A stretch of DNA of 64,000 nt from Sandaracinobacter sp. (GTDB taxonomy: Bacteria; Pseudomonadota; Alphaproteobacteria; Sphingomonadales; Sphingomonadaceae): assembly GCA_031425455.1 (NCBI GenBank), contig JANPJJ010000152.1:1411-65410 (forward strand), given 5' to 3'. Every line of letters begins with the position of its first letter. Positions within the stretch are counted from its first letter, which is position 1. This document shows, in pieces, positions 31,437 to 40,772 of this stretch. The position numbers and the translations under genes were made by a program. The notes beneath the pieces were generated by a model that did no database searches, was not told where the DNA came from, and was given only the letters and a program-made list of their open reading frames with translations.

Positions 31437-31979
31437 TCAGGACGTCGATACGCGCAACAGGGTAAGGCACGCCTTGCCGGTGGGTCGCCTTGTGTCGACG
31501 GTATAGCCGGGCGCTTCGACCGGTTCGTCGCGCCCGGTTTCGACGCTGATCCAGGCGTGCGGCGCAACCCAGCCGGCGGCCAGAGCCGAGGCAAGTGCCT
31601 TTTCGGCCAACCGTTCACCGTAGGGCGGATCCATGAAAATGAGGTCGGCGGGTGCCTGCGCCCTGGGCAGGGCGGTGGCGTCGTGGCCCAGCAGCCTGGC
31701 ATTGGCGCCCAACTTCGCGACATTGGCCTCGATCGCGCGGCGGGCATCCGGCGCCCGCTCCACCAGAAAGGCCTGCGCTGCCCCGCGCGACAGCGCTTCC
31801 AGCGCCAACGCCCCGGAACCGGCGAACAGGTCGAGCACCGTCAGTCCCTCGAAGCTGCCCAGCCGGCTTGCCAGCATCGAAAACAAGGTTTCCCGGGCTC
31901 GATCGGCCGTGGGGCGCGTGCCATCCCCCGGCGGCGCGACCAGCGGGCGCGAGCGCCATTGTCCGGAAATAATTCTCAT
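31437..31979 (-). CDS. rsmD: 16S rRNA m2G966 methyltransferase
   Basis: MRIISG.WR, TRPTADRARETLF, DLFAGSGALALEALSRGA, DPPY. Confidence 0.96.
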   Translation of the reverse strand: MRIISGQWRSRPLVAPPGDGTRPTADRARETLFSMLASRLGSFEGLTVLDLFAGSGALALEALSRGAAQAFLVERAPDARRAIEANVAKLGANARLLGHDATALPRAQAPADLIFMDPPYGERLAEKALASALAAGWVAPHAWISVETGRDEPVEAPGYTVDTRRPTGKACLTLLRVSTS

Positions 31980-32890
31980 GATTTTGCTTGAGGTTGTACC
32001 CGTTGGCTCAATGATCTCTGAAGCTGCGTAACTGCAGTTGCCGGCGCTTCGGCAATGCCGCGAACCGGAATGTCATGCAGCCCGAACGGCCCATAGGCGG
32101 TCCGGATCAGCCGGCTCACCTTCAGGCCCATCGCCTCGCACAGCTTGCGCACTTCGCGGTTCTTGCCTTCGGTCAGCGTCATGGTCAGCCAGATATTCGC
32201 CCCGCCCGCATTGGCACGCCGATCGACCGAGGCGTCGACCGGGCCATAGCGCACCCCCTCCAGCGTAACGCCGAGCGCCAGCGCCTCCAGATCCTGCTGA
32301 CGCGGCTGCCCCATGGCGCGGATTCGATAGGTGCGCGGAACTCCCGTCGCCGGCAGCTCCAGCAGCCGCTTCAGTTCGCCGTCGTTGGTGAGGATCAGCA
32401 GCCCCTCGGTGTTCATGTCCAGCCGGCCGACCGGCACCAGGCGCGGCAGGCCTTCGGGCAGCACGTCGTAGATGGTGGGTCGCCCGCCCGGGTCGCGCGC
32501 GGCGGTCAGCACGCCGGCGGGCTTGTGAAACAGGAACAGCCGCGTCGCCTGCGCCTCGGCCACCGGCTTGCCGTCCACGGTCAAGCCCTCCAGGGAGGTG
32601 AGGATGGTGGCGGGCGTCTCCAGCAGCTTTCCGTTGAGCGCCACCCGGCCCTCGGCAATCATACGCTCGATATCGCGCCGAGAGCCGACGCCGGCCCGCG
32701 CCAGCAGCTTGGCGATCCGGTCGCCCTTGCCGCTCGGCCTGGCGCCCGTTGCCGCCTGGGCTGCGATCGCCGTGCGGGCGGCGCGTCGTCCGCCGGTCCT
32801 TTTCGGCTCGGCCTTTGCCGCCGGTGCCCCCCGGCCGGGGCCCCGTCCCGCCGGGCCTCCGGGCGCCCCCGGGCCACGCCGTTCAGCCAT
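31976..32890 (-). CDS. rRNA pseudouridine synthase (RluB/RsuA family) with S4 domain
   Basis: RIAKLLARAGVGSRR S4 domain, HKPAG, VGRLDMNTEGL (catalytic Asp), EGKNREVRK, RLIR.AYG. Confidence 0.95.
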   Translation of the reverse strand: MAERRGPGAPGGPAGRGPGRGAPAAKAEPKRTGGRRAARTAIAAQAATGARPSGKGDRIAKLLARAGVGSRRDIERMIAEGRVALNGKLLETPATILTSLEGLTVDGKPVAEAQATRLFLFHKPAGVLTAARDPGGRPTIYDVLPEGLPRLVPVGRLDMNTEGLLILTNDGELKRLLELPATGVPRTYRIRAMGQPRQQDLEALALGVTLEGVRYGPVDASVDRRANAGGANIWLTMTLTEGKNREVRKLCEAMGLKVSRLIRTAYGPFGLHDIPVRGIAEAPATAVTQLQRSLSQRVQPQAKS

Positions 32891-33359
32891 GAACCGGCAC
32901 GCCGATCGTCGATTTCGACGTGCGGATCGTCAGCGAGGTCTTCACGCTGGCCACATTCGGCGCGCTGGTCAGCTTTTCGGTGAGAAAGCTCTGGAAGGTC
33001 GGCAGGTCGCGCGCCACCAGCTTCAGGATGAAGTCGATCTCGCCGTTCAGCATATGGCATTCGCGCACCTGGGGCAGGGCCGCGACATGCGCCTCGAACG
33101 CCTGCAGGTCCGCCTCGGCCTGGCTCTTCAGGCTCACCATCGCGAACACGGTGATCGGCCAGCCCAGCGCCTCGGGGCTGAGATCGGCATGATAACCCTT
33201 GATCACCCCGCCTTCCTCCAGCGTCCGCACCCGGCGCAGGCAGGGCGGTGCCGTAAGCCCCACCTTGTGGGCGAGATCTACATTGGTCATGCGGCCGTCG
33301 GCCTGGAGCAGGTCCAGGATGTCGCGGTCGATCTGGTCGAGATGATGGGGGCGGCTCAT
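32883..33359 (-). CDS. Lrp/AsnC family transcriptional regulator
   Basis: LDQIDRDIL..LQ.DGR, PCLRRVRTLEEGGVI, ECHMLNGEIDF; divergent from trxB. Confidence 0.95.
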   Translation of the reverse strand: MSRPHHLDQIDRDILDLLQADGRMTNVDLAHKVGLTAPPCLRRVRTLEEGGVIKGYHADLSPEALGWPITVFAMVSLKSQAEADLQAFEAHVAALPQVRECHMLNGEIDFILKLVARDLPTFQSFLTEKLTSAPNVASVKTSLTIRTSKSTIGVPVHG

Positions 33360-33520
33360 TGGCAGGAAAGCACTCCGAGAGGTGTCGCCGCTATAGGATT
33401 GTTGCGCACAGGCGCAAGCCTCTTGCGACGGGCAGAAGGACCTGGCCCAGGTCGCGGCTCCAACGTGTGCTTGCGCACCCTCATGCCAGTCCCTAATTCG
33501 AGCTCGCGAAAGGATGGGGC

Positions 33521-34477
33521 ATGGGTGAGGTGCGGCGCACGAAATTGTTGATCATCGGCTCCGGCCCGGCCGGCTATACTGCGGCCGTCTACGGCGCGCG
33601 CGCGATGCTGGCCCCGATCCTCGTGGAGGGGCTGCAACCGGGCGGCCAGCTGACGATCACCACCGATGTCGAGAACTGGCCCGGCGAAACCGAGATCATG
33701 GGCCCCGACCTGATGGCGAAGATGAGGGCGCAGGCCGAACATGTCGGGACCGATATCGTATCGGACATCATCGCGTCGGTCGATTTTTCCCGCCGCCCGT
33801 TCGTGGCTGTGGCGGATAGCGGCATGGTGATCCACGCCGATACCGTCGTGATCGCGACCGGGGCCAGTGCGCGCTGGCTTGGGCTCGACAGCGAGACAAG
33901 GCTGCGCGGGCGCGGCGTGTCGGCCTGTGCAACCTGCGACGGCTTCTTCTTCCGCGGCAAGCATGTCGCCGTGGTCGGCGGCGGCAACACTGCGGTCGAG
34001 GAGGCGATGTTCCTGACCAATTTTGCCAGCAAGGTAACCCTCATCCATCGCCGGCACGAACTCCGCGCCGACAAGACCAACCAGGCCCGGCTGTTCGCCA
34101 ACCCCAAGGTCGAGATGGTGTGGAACGCCAGCGTCAGCGAGGTGACCGGCGAGGACGGCGTGACCGGCATCGTGCTGGTCGATACCCAGACCGGGGCGAC
34201 CCGGCCGCTCGCGGTGGACGGGCTGTTCGTGGCGATCGGCCACGATCCGGCAACCGCGCTGTTCCGCGGCCAGGTCGCGATGGACGACGAGGGCTATATC
34301 CTCACCGCGCCCGACAGCACGGCCACCAGCGTGCCCGGCGTGTTCGCGGCCGGCGACGTGAAGGACAAGCTCTACCGCCAGGCCGTGACGGCGGCCGGGA
34401 TGGGCTGCATGGCCGCGCTGGAAGCCGAGCGGCTGCTGGCCCACGCCGAGCATCCAGCTGCGCTCGAAGCGGCCTGA
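33521..34477 (+). CDS. trxB: Thioredoxin reductase
   Basis: [52 protein letters not shown]. Confidence 0.98.
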   Translation: MGEVRRTKLLIIGSGPAGYTAAVYGARAMLAPILVEGLQPGGQLTITTDVENWPGETEIMGPDLMAKMRAQAEHVGTDIVSDIIASVDFSRRPFVAVADSGMVIHADTVVIATGASARWLGLDSETRLRGRGVSACATCDGFFFRGKHVAVVGGGNTAVEEAMFLTNFASKVTLIHRRHELRADKTNQARLFANPKVEMVWNASVSEVTGEDGVTGIVLVDTQTGATRPLAVDGLFVAIGHDPATALFRGQVAMDDEGYILTAPDSTATSVPGVFAAGDVKDKLYRQAVTAAGMGCMAALEAERLLAHAEHPAALEAA

Positions 34478-34498
34478 CGGCCGGGCGGGGGCAGGGGA

Positions 34499-35407
34499 GT
34501 GGCAATCGATTGGGACAAGCTGCGGCTGTTTCACGCCGTGGCGTCGGCGGGAAGCTTCACCGAGGGCGCGCGGCGTCTGAAGCTGTCGCAGCCGGCACTT
34601 TCGCGCCAGATCATCGCACTGGAAGAGTCGCTCGGCGCCAAACTATTCCACCGCCACGCCCGGGGCCTGGCGCTCACCAACGAGGGCGAGCAGCTGCGCC
34701 GCACCACCAGCCATATGGCAGACGAAATCGAGCGAACGCGAAGCTCGATCGAGGCGACTCGCAACCGGCCCACGGGCGACATCAAGCTCACCACGACCGT
34801 TAGCTTCGGGTCGAGCTGGCTGCCGGGGCAGCTGCGAGACTTCCTGGACATGTACCCGGACATCCGGATCAGCCTGATCCTGTCCGACGAGGAGCGCGAT
34901 CTCGCCCGGCACGAGGCCGACTGCGCGGTTCGTTTCCACAAGCCGCACCAGGCCGACCTCATCCAGCGTCCGCTGGCGACGATCCGGCACCGCCTGTGCG
35001 CATCGCCCGCCTATTTGGAGGCGCACGGCGAACCGCAGACGCCCGCAGACCTGATGAAGCACCGGATGATCGCCTATGGCCCCGAAGCGCCTTCCTATCT
35101 GCGCTCGATCAACTGGGCCCTGGAGCTGGGGCATGAGGGCCCCCCCCGCGAGCCGGCGCTCAGCGTGAACAACAGTTTCGGCGTGTTGCAGGCGGTAGAG
35201 GCCGGCGCGGGGATCGCGGCGTTGCCCTCCTATCTGATCCGCCACTCGGGCAAGGTGAAGGTGCTGCTGCCGGAGCTGCAAGGCGCGGTGTTCCAGACCT
35301 ATTTCGTCTATTCCGCCGAGCTGAAAGGATCGGTTCGGGTCGCCGCGCTGCGGGATTTCCTGATCAGCCGGATGACACCGGCAAACCTGGGAGACGGCAC
35401 GCGGTGA
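34499..35407 (+). CDS. LysR regulator, probable LsrB/VtlR orthologue
   Basis: DWDKLRLFH start, LFHRHARGL, ADCA.R, DLIQR, APSYL..INW; lies directly downstream of trxB with divergent lrp, the arrangement I recall for rhizobial lsrB/vtlR. Confidence 0.9.
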   Translation: MAIDWDKLRLFHAVASAGSFTEGARRLKLSQPALSRQIIALEESLGAKLFHRHARGLALTNEGEQLRRTTSHMADEIERTRSSIEATRNRPTGDIKLTTTVSFGSSWLPGQLRDFLDMYPDIRISLILSDEERDLARHEADCAVRFHKPHQADLIQRPLATIRHRLCASPAYLEAHGEPQTPADLMKHRMIAYGPEAPSYLRSINWALELGHEGPPREPALSVNNSFGVLQAVEAGAGIAALPSYLIRHSGKVKVLLPELQGAVFQTYFVYSAELKGSVRVAALRDFLISRMTPANLGDGTR

Positions 35408-35421
35408 ACCGGAGATAAATC

Positions 35422-35440
35422 CCATGCATGGCTTGCATGG
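35422..35440. promoter_or_regulatory. LysR-type recognition site (T-N11-A dyad)
   Basis: CCATGC-atggctt-GCATGG perfect inverted repeat; T35425-N11-A35437; centred about 65 nt before the predicted sRNA start. Confidence 0.6.
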
Positions 35441-35460
35441 CTGCCAAAATCCCTTCGCAC

Positions 35461-35489
35461 TTGCACAATAAGTCCGGACAACATAGATG
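35461..35489 (+). promoter_or_regulatory. Putative sigma70-type promoter of the sRNA
   Basis: TTGCAC-N17-TAGATG. Confidence 0.55.
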
Positions 35490-35494
35490 GGTGG

Positions 35495-35636
35495 GGTTGC
35501 TGCATTGCAGCGCAACCGGGACCCCTCACTCCTCCCCGAGGCTCCCGGTTCGGTCGACCACCACCCTCCCTCCCTCCCTCGGAGGTCGACCACAATCTGG
35601 GCCAGGGTTGAGCTTGCTCCCCTGGCCCAACTTTTG
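35495..35636 (+). ncRNA. Candidate sRNA with C-rich anti-SD loops (cuckoo/CcsR- or AbcR-like)
   Basis: Hairpin 35514-35550 (loop ACTCCTCCCC), hairpin 35552-35591 (loop containing CCCTCCCTCCCTCCC), terminator-like hairpin 35598-35629 followed by ACTTTT; no credible ORF. Confidence 0.7.
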
Positions 35637-35728
35637 TGCCGGAGGCGGCTGCGGCCTTGGCGCAGTCAAATTCCCCGTCGGATACCCGGCTTCCCATCCG
35701 CCCCACACCCGGCTAATCGCTGCCCGTG

Positions 35729-35805
35729 GGGCCTGTAGCTCAGTTGGTTAGAGCTGGCCGCTCATAACGGCTAGGTCGCGGGTTCGAGTCCTGCCGGGCC
35801 CACCA
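35729..35805 (+). tRNA. tRNA-Ile2 (CAT, lysidine-modified)
   Basis: Cloverleaf GGGCCTG...CGGGCCC-A-CCA with anticodon loop CTCATAA; C4:G69 and C5:G68 fit TilS determinants rather than Met. Confidence 0.92.
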
Positions 35806-36015
35806 TCAATTCGGGCGACGGTCTGCGCGCAGCGCAAATCCGCGACTCCGAATTGATGCGGCCGGCCTGCGATTGCGGTAAGACCGCAATCGACAGGTTC
35901 GACGACGTGGGCTCTGCCCACGCCTTCCTTGTTCGTCTGTCTGCAAAGGCAGGCGGACTCGCAGGCTTTGCCTGCGGCCGCTATTCAAGGAAGCGTATCG
36001 CTCGGCATCGTGCCC

Positions 36016-36681
36016 CTAAACCCGCTTTGCCTGCGGCCTCCCCGACACCGCCGTCCGCCCGGCCCAGGCCGCCCAGCCGGTCGCCAGCCCGGGTGCCAGC
36101 GCCAACTTCGCCAACTCGTCCGTCTGCGGCGGGCTCCGATACGAAGCCGCCAGCACCTCGGCGATCGTCCAGGCGCCGTCAGGCCGATGCTCGAGCACCA
36201 GGTCGTCGCCGGCCGCCATGGCGCCATCCTCGACCACGCGCAGATACCAGCCCGAGCGGCCGTTGCGGACCATGGCCTTCACCATCCGCGGATCGTCGAA
36301 CCAGCGCCCCAGCGTGGCACAGGGCTGGCGCGGCTGGCACACCTCCACCAGCGCGCTGCCGATGCGCCAGCGCTCGCCGACATGCACACTCGCTTCGTCC
36401 AGCCCCTCCACCACCAGATTCTCGCCGAAGCCGCCCGGCACCAGCTTTTCAGCATGCTGCGGATGGTCCGCCAGCCACAGCGAATAGTTGCCGACCCCAT
36501 AGGCATAGACCGCCTTCTCCGGCCCGCCATGGACCCGGGTGTTGGCGACCTCGTCGCCTTGCAGCCCCAGCATATGCGCCTGCACCGGGCCGTCGCGAGG
36601 TGCCTTGGAATAGGCGGTCAGGTAGCCCCCGATCCGGCGGGCATGCCCGGTGCGAAGCTCGATCAGGCGCGGTGTCGGCAT
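36016..36681 (-). CDS. MOSC domain protein (YiiM-like)
   Basis: GDEVANTRVHGGPEKAV, FGENL, QPRQPC, GRSGWYLRV, C-terminal 3-alpha-like tail. Confidence 0.93.
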   Translation of the reverse strand: MPTPRLIELRTGHARRIGGYLTAYSKAPRDGPVQAHMLGLQGDEVANTRVHGGPEKAVYAYGVGNYSLWLADHPQHAEKLVPGGFGENLVVEGLDEASVHVGERWRIGSALVEVCQPRQPCATLGRWFDDPRMVKAMVRNGRSGWYLRVVEDGAMAAGDDLVLEHRPDGAWTIAEVLAASYRSPPQTDELAKLALAPGLATGWAAWAGRTAVSGRPQAKRV

Positions 36682-36749
36682 GGGGCTTTCCTTTTGCGCC
36701 GGCTGTGGCATGTTCGGGGGAGTTTCAACAAGCGAAAGGAGGTGATCCA

Positions 36750-36815
36750 GTGTCTCATTGCATCCATCAACAGCAGGCGCGGATCATGTCCATCGGGTCA
36801 GCCGCCATTCGCTGA
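36750..36815 (+). CDS. Candidate 21-aa small ORF (MSHCIHQQQARIMSIGSAAIR)
   Basis: GTG start preceded by AAAGGAGGTGATCCAG (36735-36750); followed by hairpins and a terminator. Confidence 0.5.
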   Translation: MSHCIHQQQARIMSIGSAAIR

Positions 36816-36858
36816 CTGGGGGCATGGCAGCACGCTGCCGTTGCCAACTGCAATGTTC

Positions 36859-36897
36859 GGGCCGGCAGGGGATACCTTGCCGGCCCTTTCATTCTTT
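36859..36897 (+). terminator. Intrinsic terminator after the small ORF
   Basis: Stem gggccggcaggg/ccttgccggccc (one G-U), loop gata, followed by tttcattcttt. Confidence 0.7.
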
Positions 36898-36981
36898 CGG
36901 GCCTGCCCGCCTGCCACTTTGAACTGATTGCCGTTGCGTGCCCCAGCGCCCAAACAGTCACGTCAAAAGGGGAGGGACGCG

Positions 36982-37410
36982 ATGACACCGAACGAGCTCG
37001 ACATCCTGAAGGCAGTGGCCGGCATGGGCCTCCTGTCGCTGGTCATGTTCCTCTGGATGTATGCCACGCGGCTGCCGGCATTCCGCAAGGCCAGGCTCGA
37101 CCCGCAGGAGGCCATGCACCCGGGCTCCTACCACGATCGCATCCCCAGCGAGGTGCGGCGCGTCGCGGACAACTACAACCACCTGTTCGAAGCCCCGACC
37201 CTCTTTTACGCCATGGCGCTGATGATCGTGGTGGCCGGCCTTGCGGACCCGGTGCATGCGATGGCGGCTTACGCCTATCTCGGGCTCAGGGTGCTCCACA
37301 GCCTGGTGCAGGCGACGGTGAACAAAGTCGCGCTCCGATTCGTGCTGTTCGCGCTCAGCTGGGTTGCTCTGGGCACGATGATCGTTCGGGCAACCCTCCA
37401 ATTGTTCTGA
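36982..37410 (+). CDS. MAPEG family membrane protein
   Basis: WMYATRLP, DNYNHLFEAPTLFY, RVLHSLVQ; four TM segments; GGAGG RBS. Confidence 0.92.
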   Translation: MTPNELDILKAVAGMGLLSLVMFLWMYATRLPAFRKARLDPQEAMHPGSYHDRIPSEVRRVADNYNHLFEAPTLFYAMALMIVVAGLADPVHAMAAYAYLGLRVLHSLVQATVNKVALRFVLFALSWVALGTMIVRATLQLF

Positions 37411-37469
37411 AACGAATGGAGCGCGCCAGACGACAAAGCGCGAAGTTAATGGTTAATAGGCACGAGGCG

Positions 37470-37486
37470 TGTCGGCAGATTTGACA
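37470..37486. promoter_or_regulatory. Putative enhancer (UAS) for the PEP-CTERM sigma54 promoter
   Basis: TGTCGG-cagat-TTGACA with TGTC/GACA dyad, about 80-97 nt upstream of the predicted sigma54 start site. Confidence 0.45.
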
Positions 37487-37540
37487 GAGACCCCCAGCGG
37501 CGGGTCGAGTTCGATGCCTGTTGCCCCTTACACACCAGAT

Positions 37541-37556
37541 TGGCACGCTTTTTGCT
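37541..37556 (+). promoter_or_regulatory. Sigma54 (-24/-12) promoter
   Basis: TGGCAC-GCTTT-TTGCT matches the TGGCAC-N5-TTGCW consensus exactly; upstream of a PEP-CTERM gene. Confidence 0.85.
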
Positions 37557-37603
37557 GAACTACTCCTGTCGGGTGTCGGCCCGGCATGTGGAGGAGTAAC
37601 AGC

Positions 37604-38260
37604 ATGCGCACCAACATTCTGCTCGCGGCCCTCGCGGCAACATTCCTGTCGACTTCGGCAAACGCCGCCATTTCCTTCACCTCGTCCCCCGGAGCCCCGG
37701 ACCCCGGGCCGGCGATGGGCGAGGCCATCGTTGTCGATTTCGACAATCCCGATGCGGCCGGCTACAGCTGGACCGGCGGCCTCGCCGTGAAGCTTGGCAC
37801 CTCGCCCGGCAACTGGGCGACGCCGGCGCTCGACACCACCCAATATGGCGTGGTCTCCAGCGCGTTCATGCCGAACAGCGCCACGCTCACCACCCCGTCG
37901 CTGAAGTCGATCAGCTTCTACTGGGGCTCTGTCGACGACTATAACAGTCTCGACGTGCTGGATACCGGCGGTAACGTCCTGCTCACCATTACGGGCAACC
38001 ACCTGCCGCAGCAGGGCGGCGACCAGTTCATCCCGTCGACCAACCGGCGCGTCTTCATCAGCTGGGACGGAACCGGCTCTGCCATCGGCGGGCTGACCTT
38101 CCGGTCCACCGGAGTCGCCTTCGAGTTCGACGACATCGCAGCCTCCGCCGTTCCGGAACCCGCCACATGGGCGCTCCTGATCAGCGGCTTCGGCATGGTC
38201 GGGATGGCCGCACGGCGTCGCCGCTCGGCGGACCGCCGCCCGGCGCTTGTCACCGCCTGA
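37604..38260 (+). CDS. PEPxxWA-CTERM sorting-domain surface protein
   Basis: Signal peptide, SISFYWGSVDDYN body motif, VPEPATWALLISGFGMVGMAARRRR; GGAGGAG RBS. Confidence 0.94.
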   Translation: MRTNILLAALAATFLSTSANAAISFTSSPGAPDPGPAMGEAIVVDFDNPDAAGYSWTGGLAVKLGTSPGNWATPALDTTQYGVVSSAFMPNSATLTTPSLKSISFYWGSVDDYNSLDVLDTGGNVLLTITGNHLPQQGGDQFIPSTNRRVFISWDGTGSAIGGLTFRSTGVAFEFDDIAASAVPEPATWALLISGFGMVGMAARRRRSADRRPALVTA

Positions 38261-38298
38261 ATAAACTTCCGAGAGGGGCCAGCGAGAGGGGGTTGGGG

Positions 38299-38327
38299 AA
38301 GGCCGGCGCGGTGACGCGCCGGCTTTT
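38299..38327 (+). terminator. Intrinsic terminator between the PEP-CTERM gene and purL
   Basis: gccggcgcg-GTGA-cgcgccggc followed by TTTT. Confidence 0.8.
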
Positions 38328-38340
38328 CTCCATTGCGGGT

Positions 38341-40497
38341 CTACCGCGCCATCAACTCGGGCAGCAGCGCCTCATGGCCGCGGCGAAGCTCGCCCACGGA
38401 CCGCACACCGGCGCCCTCCAGCGCGAGCATCGCCCCCCCCGTCATTCCCAGCCGCGTGAGCGGAACGGGGCAGGGCGGAAGCTGAGTTCCCGCCGCCGCC
38501 GTGAACACATAGCGTCCCTGATCTTCGCCGAAGGCCTGCGCAGCGCCCGGCGGCAGCGCCACGGCGGCACCAACCCCGCCCGCCATCGCCATCTCCGCAA
38601 TCGCCACCAGCAGCCCGCCGTCCGCACAGTCGTGAACCGCGGTTGCCGTCCCCGCCAGGATCAGCTCGCGGACCCAGTCTCCGGCAGCCCGCTCGGCTGC
38701 CAGATCGACTGGCGGCGGCGGTCCGTCCTCCCGCCCGTGCAGCTCGCGCAGCCAGAGCGACTGGCCCAGATGCCCGCGGGTTTCCCCCACCAGCCAGATC
38801 TCCTCGCCGGCGCCCTTGAATGCAACGGTCGCGGCCTTGCTGTAATCCGCGAGGATACCGACCCCGCCAATTGCCGGAGTTGGCAGGATACCCTGGCCCT
38901 CGGTCTCATTGTAAAGGCTCACATTCCCCGAAACGACCGGATAATCGAGCGCGCGGCAGGCCTCGGCCATTCCCTCGATGCAGCCGACGAACTGCCCCAT
39001 CACCTCGGGGCGGGTGGGCGCCGCGAAATTCATGCAGTCCGTGACCGCGAGCGGAGTCGCGCCCACTGCCGTCAGGTTGCGCCAGGTCTCGGCAATCGCC
39101 TGCTTGCCGCCCTCCATCGGGTCGGCAAAGCAATAGCGCGGCGTGCAGTCGGCAGTGATGGCAAGCGCCTTCCGGCTGCCATGGACCCGAACGACAGCGG
39201 CATCGCCCCCGGGTCGCTGCACCGTGTCGGCGCCCACCATATGGTCGTACTGCTCCCAAACCCAGCGCCGCGAAGCAAGGTCGGGGCATTCAAGCAGTTT
39301 CAAAAGATCGTCTAGTAAATCACTGCTGTTCGGCACATTGTCCAGCGCAGCTCGGCGTGGCGTCGGCACCCAGGGCCGGTCGTACTTCGGCGCGTCGTCC
39401 CCGATCGGGGCCAGCGGCAGGTCGGCCACCAGCTCGCCCCGCCATTCCAGCTGCAGCCGCCCGCTGTCCGTCACCTCGCCGATCACGGCGAAATCCAGCG
39501 CCCATTTGCGGAAGATCGCCTCGGCCACCGGCTCGGCGCCGGGCTTCAGCACCATCAGCATGCGCTCCTGGGATTCCGACAGCATCATCTCATAGGGCGT
39601 CATCCCGGTTTCGCGGCACGGCACCTGGTCCATCACCAGCTTCAGCCCGACACCGCCCTTGGACGCCATTTCCACCGACGAGGAGGTGAGGCCGGCGGCC
39701 CCCATGTCCTGGATCGCGACGATCGCGTCGGTCGCCATCAGCTCCAGGCACGCTTCGATCAGCAGTTTTTCCATGAACGGGTCGCCCACCTGCACGGTCG
39801 GGCGCTTGTCCTCGCTGTCGGCATCGAACTCGGCCGACGCCATGGTCGCGCCATGGATGCCGTCGCGCCCTGTTTTCGAACCGACATAGACCACCGGGTT
39901 GCCGATCCCGGCGGCCGCCGAATAGAAGATCTTGTCGGTCTTCGCGATGCCCACCGTCATCGCATTCACCAGGATATTGCCGTTGTAGGCCGGGTGGAAG
40001 TTTACTTCCCCGCCCACCGTCGGCACGCCCACGCAATTGCCATAGCCCCCGATGCCGGCAACGACCCCGCGCAGCAGCGCCCTGGTTTTCGGATGGTCGA
40101 TCGCCCCGAAGCGAAGCGCGTTCAGGTTCGCGACCGGCCTCGCCCCCATGGTGAACACATCGCGCATGATCCCGCCGACGCCCGTGGCCGCACCCTGATA
40201 AGGCTCGATGAAGCTCGGGTGATTGTGGCTTTCCATCTTGAAGATGGCGGCGTCGCCGTCGCCGATGTCGATCACGCCGGCATTCTCGCCCGGCCCCTGG
40301 ATCACCCATGGCGCCGTTGTCGGCAGCTTGGCCAGATGGATTCGGGAAGACTTGTAGCTGCAATGCTCCGACCACATAACCGAAAAAATGCCGAGTTCCA
40401 GCAGGTTGGGCTCTCGTCCCAGCGCTTTCAGGATGCGGGCATATTCGTCCGGGGAAAGGCCGTGCTCGGCCACGGTTTCGGCAGTGATTGCGGTCAT
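38341..40497 (-). CDS. purL: FGAM synthase subunit PurL
   Basis: [49 protein letters not shown]. Confidence 0.98.
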   Translation of the reverse strand: MTAITAETVAEHGLSPDEYARILKALGREPNLLELGIFSVMWSEHCSYKSSRIHLAKLPTTAPWVIQGPGENAGVIDIGDGDAAIFKMESHNHPSFIEPYQGAATGVGGIMRDVFTMGARPVANLNALRFGAIDHPKTRALLRGVVAGIGGYGNCVGVPTVGGEVNFHPAYNGNILVNAMTVGIAKTDKIFYSAAAGIGNPVVYVGSKTGRDGIHGATMASAEFDADSEDKRPTVQVGDPFMEKLLIEACLELMATDAIVAIQDMGAAGLTSSSVEMASKGGVGLKLVMDQVPCRETGMTPYEMMLSESQERMLMVLKPGAEPVAEAIFRKWALDFAVIGEVTDSGRLQLEWRGELVADLPLAPIGDDAPKYDRPWVPTPRRAALDNVPNSSDLLDDLLKLLECPDLASRRWVWEQYDHMVGADTVQRPGGDAAVVRVHGSRKALAITADCTPRYCFADPMEGGKQAIAETWRNLTAVGATPLAVTDCMNFAAPTRPEVMGQFVGCIEGMAEACRALDYPVVSGNVSLYNETEGQGILPTPAIGGVGILADYSKAATVAFKGAGEEIWLVGETRGHLGQSLWLRELHGREDGPPPPVDLAAERAAGDWVRELILAGTATAVHDCADGGLLVAIAEMAMAGGVGAAVALPPGAAQAFGEDQGRYVFTAAAGTQLPPCPVPLTRLGMTGGAMLALEGAGVRSVGELRRGHEALLPELMAR

Positions 40498-40757
40498 CCC
40501 GGGCTCCTAGCGAAAGCGCGGGAGCAAGTCATCCGTGCCGAAGGCGGCTGCGATCAGTGCACAGCACAGGGTCGCAGACTCGCCGAAGGCCCGGCCGGCG
40601 TGCGGTGGCAGCGGCCACCGACACGTCCGACGACCGGGCTATGCCCGCAACCTTCGCGCCTTCCTTTTCCTATCACTCGGGCTCGGCAGCTCTGCTGCCG
40701 GCCGCTCGGGACCCCCGTATCGTTCTCGATTGGGCAAACCGGTTGCCCAGGTCACTC

Positions 40758-40772
40758 GTTCCTGATATGTTC
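40758..40772 (+). promoter_or_regulatory. LexA (SOS) box upstream of the VOC gene
   Basis: GTTC-CTGATAT-GTTC, 24 nt before the ATG; 14/15 identical to the dinB box. Confidence 0.75.

Noticed and set aside
35729-35805. tRNA-Met (CAT)
   Set aside because: No C1:A72 mismatch or triple G-C anticodon stem of the initiator; the acceptor stem has the C4:G69/C5:G68 pattern of tRNA-Ile2.
36735-36750. 16S rRNA gene fragment on the minus strand
   Set aside because: The match is limited to 16 nt of the tail and flanks do not continue as rRNA; better read as an extended SD.
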